A stretch of 63,177 nucleotides of DNA, the filler included, from Candidatus Nezhaarchaeota archaeon WYZ-LMO8 (GTDB lineage: Archaea > Thermoproteota > Methanomethylicia > Nezhaarchaeales > WYZ-LMO8): assembly GCA_004347965.1 (NCBI GenBank). It is 4 parts of 4 records of this genome, joined end to end, with 100 filler letters (N's around TTAATTAATTAA, not from the genome) between each part and the next. Parts side by side here need not be neighbours in the genome. Positions count along the whole stretch, not along the records: positions 57,486 to 63,177 come from QNVF01000053.1; 3 more parts are not named here. One strand, written 5' to 3'. Under the pieces are notes generated by a model. That model was not told the origin of the DNA and ran no database searches. It saw only the letters and a list, made by a program, of their open reading frames with translations. The number at the start of each line of letters is the position of its first letter. Position 1 is the first letter of the stretch. Below are positions 61,300 through 63,177 of the stretch, one piece after another. The translations under genes were made by a program, and so were the position numbers.

Positions 61300-63177
61300 T
61301 CATTTTCTTTGATGTCTCCTCTTCCCCTTTACCTCCAGCATGTTCTCAAGTAGTATCCTCCTTTCAACTTGAGCGACAAGGCGACGTACTCTCACGACAG
61401 CGTCAGGATTGACGGATATGCTATCTATGCCTTGACGTACTAGCCACTCCACAAAATCTTCCAAGTACGAAGGCCCTTGACCACATATGCTCACAGTTAC
61501 TCCATGCTTATGCGCAACCTTGATTAGATGGCTTATAGCCCTTAAAACTGCTGGATCTCTTTCATCAAAGTACCGTGGATCGAGATTCGGTAAAATCTCA
61601 GAGTCCCTATCGACTCCAAGTATTAGTTGTGTCAAGTCATTACTACCTATGCTAAAACCATCGATGTACTTGCAGAACTTGTCAGCCATGAATATGACGC
61701 TTGGAACCTCAGCCATGACCCAAACCTTAAAGTCCCTCCCTCTTTCAAGTCCCTCCTCCCTCATTATTTTTAGTACCTTCTCCACCTCCCACGTGGTCCT
61801 GACGAACGGCAGCATTATCCACACGTTCTTAAGACCCAGCTCATCTCTGACCCTCTTAATTGCTCTACACTCTAACCTGAACGCTCTCTCGTACTGTGGG
61901 CTTATGTAACGCGATACGCCACGATAGCCGAGCATGGGATTGTGTTCCTCTAACTCGTACTTCTCACCACCCTTTAATTTCCTGTACTCGTTTGTCTTGA
62001 AGTCACTAAACCTCACAACTACAGGTCTAGGTTGAACATACCTTGCTACGAGAGCTATACCATCAGCTAACTTCTTAATGAACTTCTCCTCCTCTCCTCT
62101 CTCCACCAGGTAGAGTGGATGCTCTCCTATACTAGAAAGGATGAACTCAATGCGCATTAAGCCTATTCCGTCAAATGGAAGCTGAGCATATTCCACTATC
62201 TTCTCGGGAACCCCTAAGTTCATGTAAATCTTTGTCCCAGTAGTTATGATAGACTCCATAGCTGGCATTGTTGGCTGTGTAGTCACGGTTTTAATTCCTT
62301 CCTCTCTTCCCTTCTTTATGAGCTCTTCTACTACTCCCTCATAGACTACCCCTGTTGAAGCATCAACTGTGTATTCTTTACCAGTCTCTAGAACTTTCGT
62401 TGCATTACCTGAACCGACTATAGCTGGAATTCCTAGTTCCCTACTAACTATGGCGGCGTGACAGGTCATGCCTCCTTCATCCGTCACTATGGCACCAGCG
62501 AGCCTCATGTATGGAACCCAGTCGGGATTTGTCATTGTGGTTACGAGTATATCTCCCTTCTCTATTAGTCTAGAAGCTTCCTCAATGCTCCTAACAACCT
62601 TAGCCTTGCCAGCCCACACGCCTGGACTTGCTGGCAGACCCTTTACTACAACCTTCCTACCTCTTGCTACAACCATCTTTTCTTCCCTCCTCTCCTCCCT
62701 TAACGTCCATACCGTTTCGGGTCTTGATTGAACTATGAATACGCTTTCAGGAAACTTGAGATCGTAATCGATGGCCCACTCTATATCTTGAGGTTGTCCA
62801 TAGTGTTGCTCTATCTTGATAGCAAGTTCCGCTAGCTTTAGAACCTCCCCATCTGTTAAGCAAGGATCTCTACTCTCTTCAGAAGGAACTTCAACCCTTA
62901 CGGTTTGCCCTGAATATGGATCTCTAACTAGTTTATGCGTTTTCTCGGCAATTCTTTTCTCTAGTATCTGAAGAGTTTTCTTATCTACAACGTAGATGTC
63001 GGGCGTTACTGAACCACTTACAACAGCTTCTCCTAAGCCCCAGACACCTTCTATCACTATTTTGTCTCTCTCTCCAGTAACGGGGTGGATGGTGAACATT
63101 ACTCCAGCAGCCTTCGCATTAACCATCTTCTGCACAACAACGCTCATAAGCACTTTATCATGCCTAATCCCTTTTTG
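61300..63177 (-). CDS. ppsA: Phosphoenolpyruvate synthase (5' part outside the window)
   Basis: QSRPETVW, GGMTCHAAIVSRE phospho-His motif, DFKTNEY, SIGSNDLTQ, SICGQ. Confidence 0.96.
   Translation of the reverse strand, partial: QKGIRHDKVLMSVVVQKMVNAKAAGVMFTIHPVTGERDKIVIEGVWGLGEAVVSGSVTPDIYVVDKKTLQILEKRIAEKTHKLVRDPYSGQTVRVEVPSEESRDPCLTDGEVLKLAELAIKIEQHYGQPQDIEWAIDYDLKFPESVFIVQSRPETVWTLREERREEKMVVARGRKVVVKGLPASPGVWAGKAKVVRSIEEASRLIEKGDILVTTMTNPDWVPYMRLAGAIVTDEGGMTCHAAIVSRELGIPAIVGSGNATKVLETGKEYTVDASTGVVYEGVVEELIKKGREEGIKTVTTQPTMPAMESIITTGTKIYMNLGVPEKIVEYAQLPFDGIGLMRIEFILSSIGEHPLYLVERGEEEKFIKKLADGIALVARYVQPRPVVVRFSDFKTNEYRKLKGGEKYELEEHNPMLGYRGVSRYISPQYERAFRLECRAIKRVRDELGLKNVWIMLPFVRTTWEVEKVLKIMREEGLERGRDFKVWVMAEVPSVIFMADKFCKYIDGFSIGSNDLTQLILGVDRDSEILPNLDPRYFDERDPAVLRAISHLIKVAHKHGVTVSICGQGPSYLEDFVEWLVRQGIDSISVNPDAVVRVRRLVAQVERRILLENMLEVKGKRRHQRK

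Overview
Archaeal DNA made of four contigs (1-19713, 19814-39164, 39265-57385, 57486-63177) joined by artificial 100-nt N/TTAATTAATTAA linkers, so gene adjacency across the linkers means nothing. Contig 2 has an unsplit rpoB and an rpoH-B-A'-A''-rpl30e-nusA-rps12-rps7-EF1alpha-rps10 cluster without fusA, which points to Thermoproteota (TACK). Contig 3 is a ~16 kb methyl-coenzyme M reductase supercluster: mcrBGA, separate mcrC and mcrD, markers mmp3/5/6/7/15/17, DUF2098, two component-A2 ATPases, plus a DUF483 protein, a small conserved ORF and a wHTH regulator, laid out as successive divergent units. If the binning is right, this fits an MCR-bearing Thermoproteota lineage (Nezhaarchaeales/Methanomethylicia-like; inference). 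Contig 1 is a metabolic/accessory region: RuMP isomerase, ADP-forming acyl-CoA synthetase, beta-RFAP synthase family, DGGGP synthase, two saccharopine-dehydrogenase-family genes, a BKACE, an ArsR/ArsP/thioredoxin locus, a serine recombinase and a radical SAM protein. Contig 4 holds RNA/translation-modification genes and part of ppsA. Reading the DNA directly also shows three box C/D sRNA candidates, a K-turn hairpin, a 16-bp ArsR-type operator in three copies, a decayed 3-hydroxyacyl-CoA dehydrogenase pseudogene, an unannotated 55-aa Zn-ribbon gene, unusual MCR active-site substitutions, signs of near-cognate start codons, and tRNA-Leu(CAG). No database searches were run; family calls come from recognised motifs.
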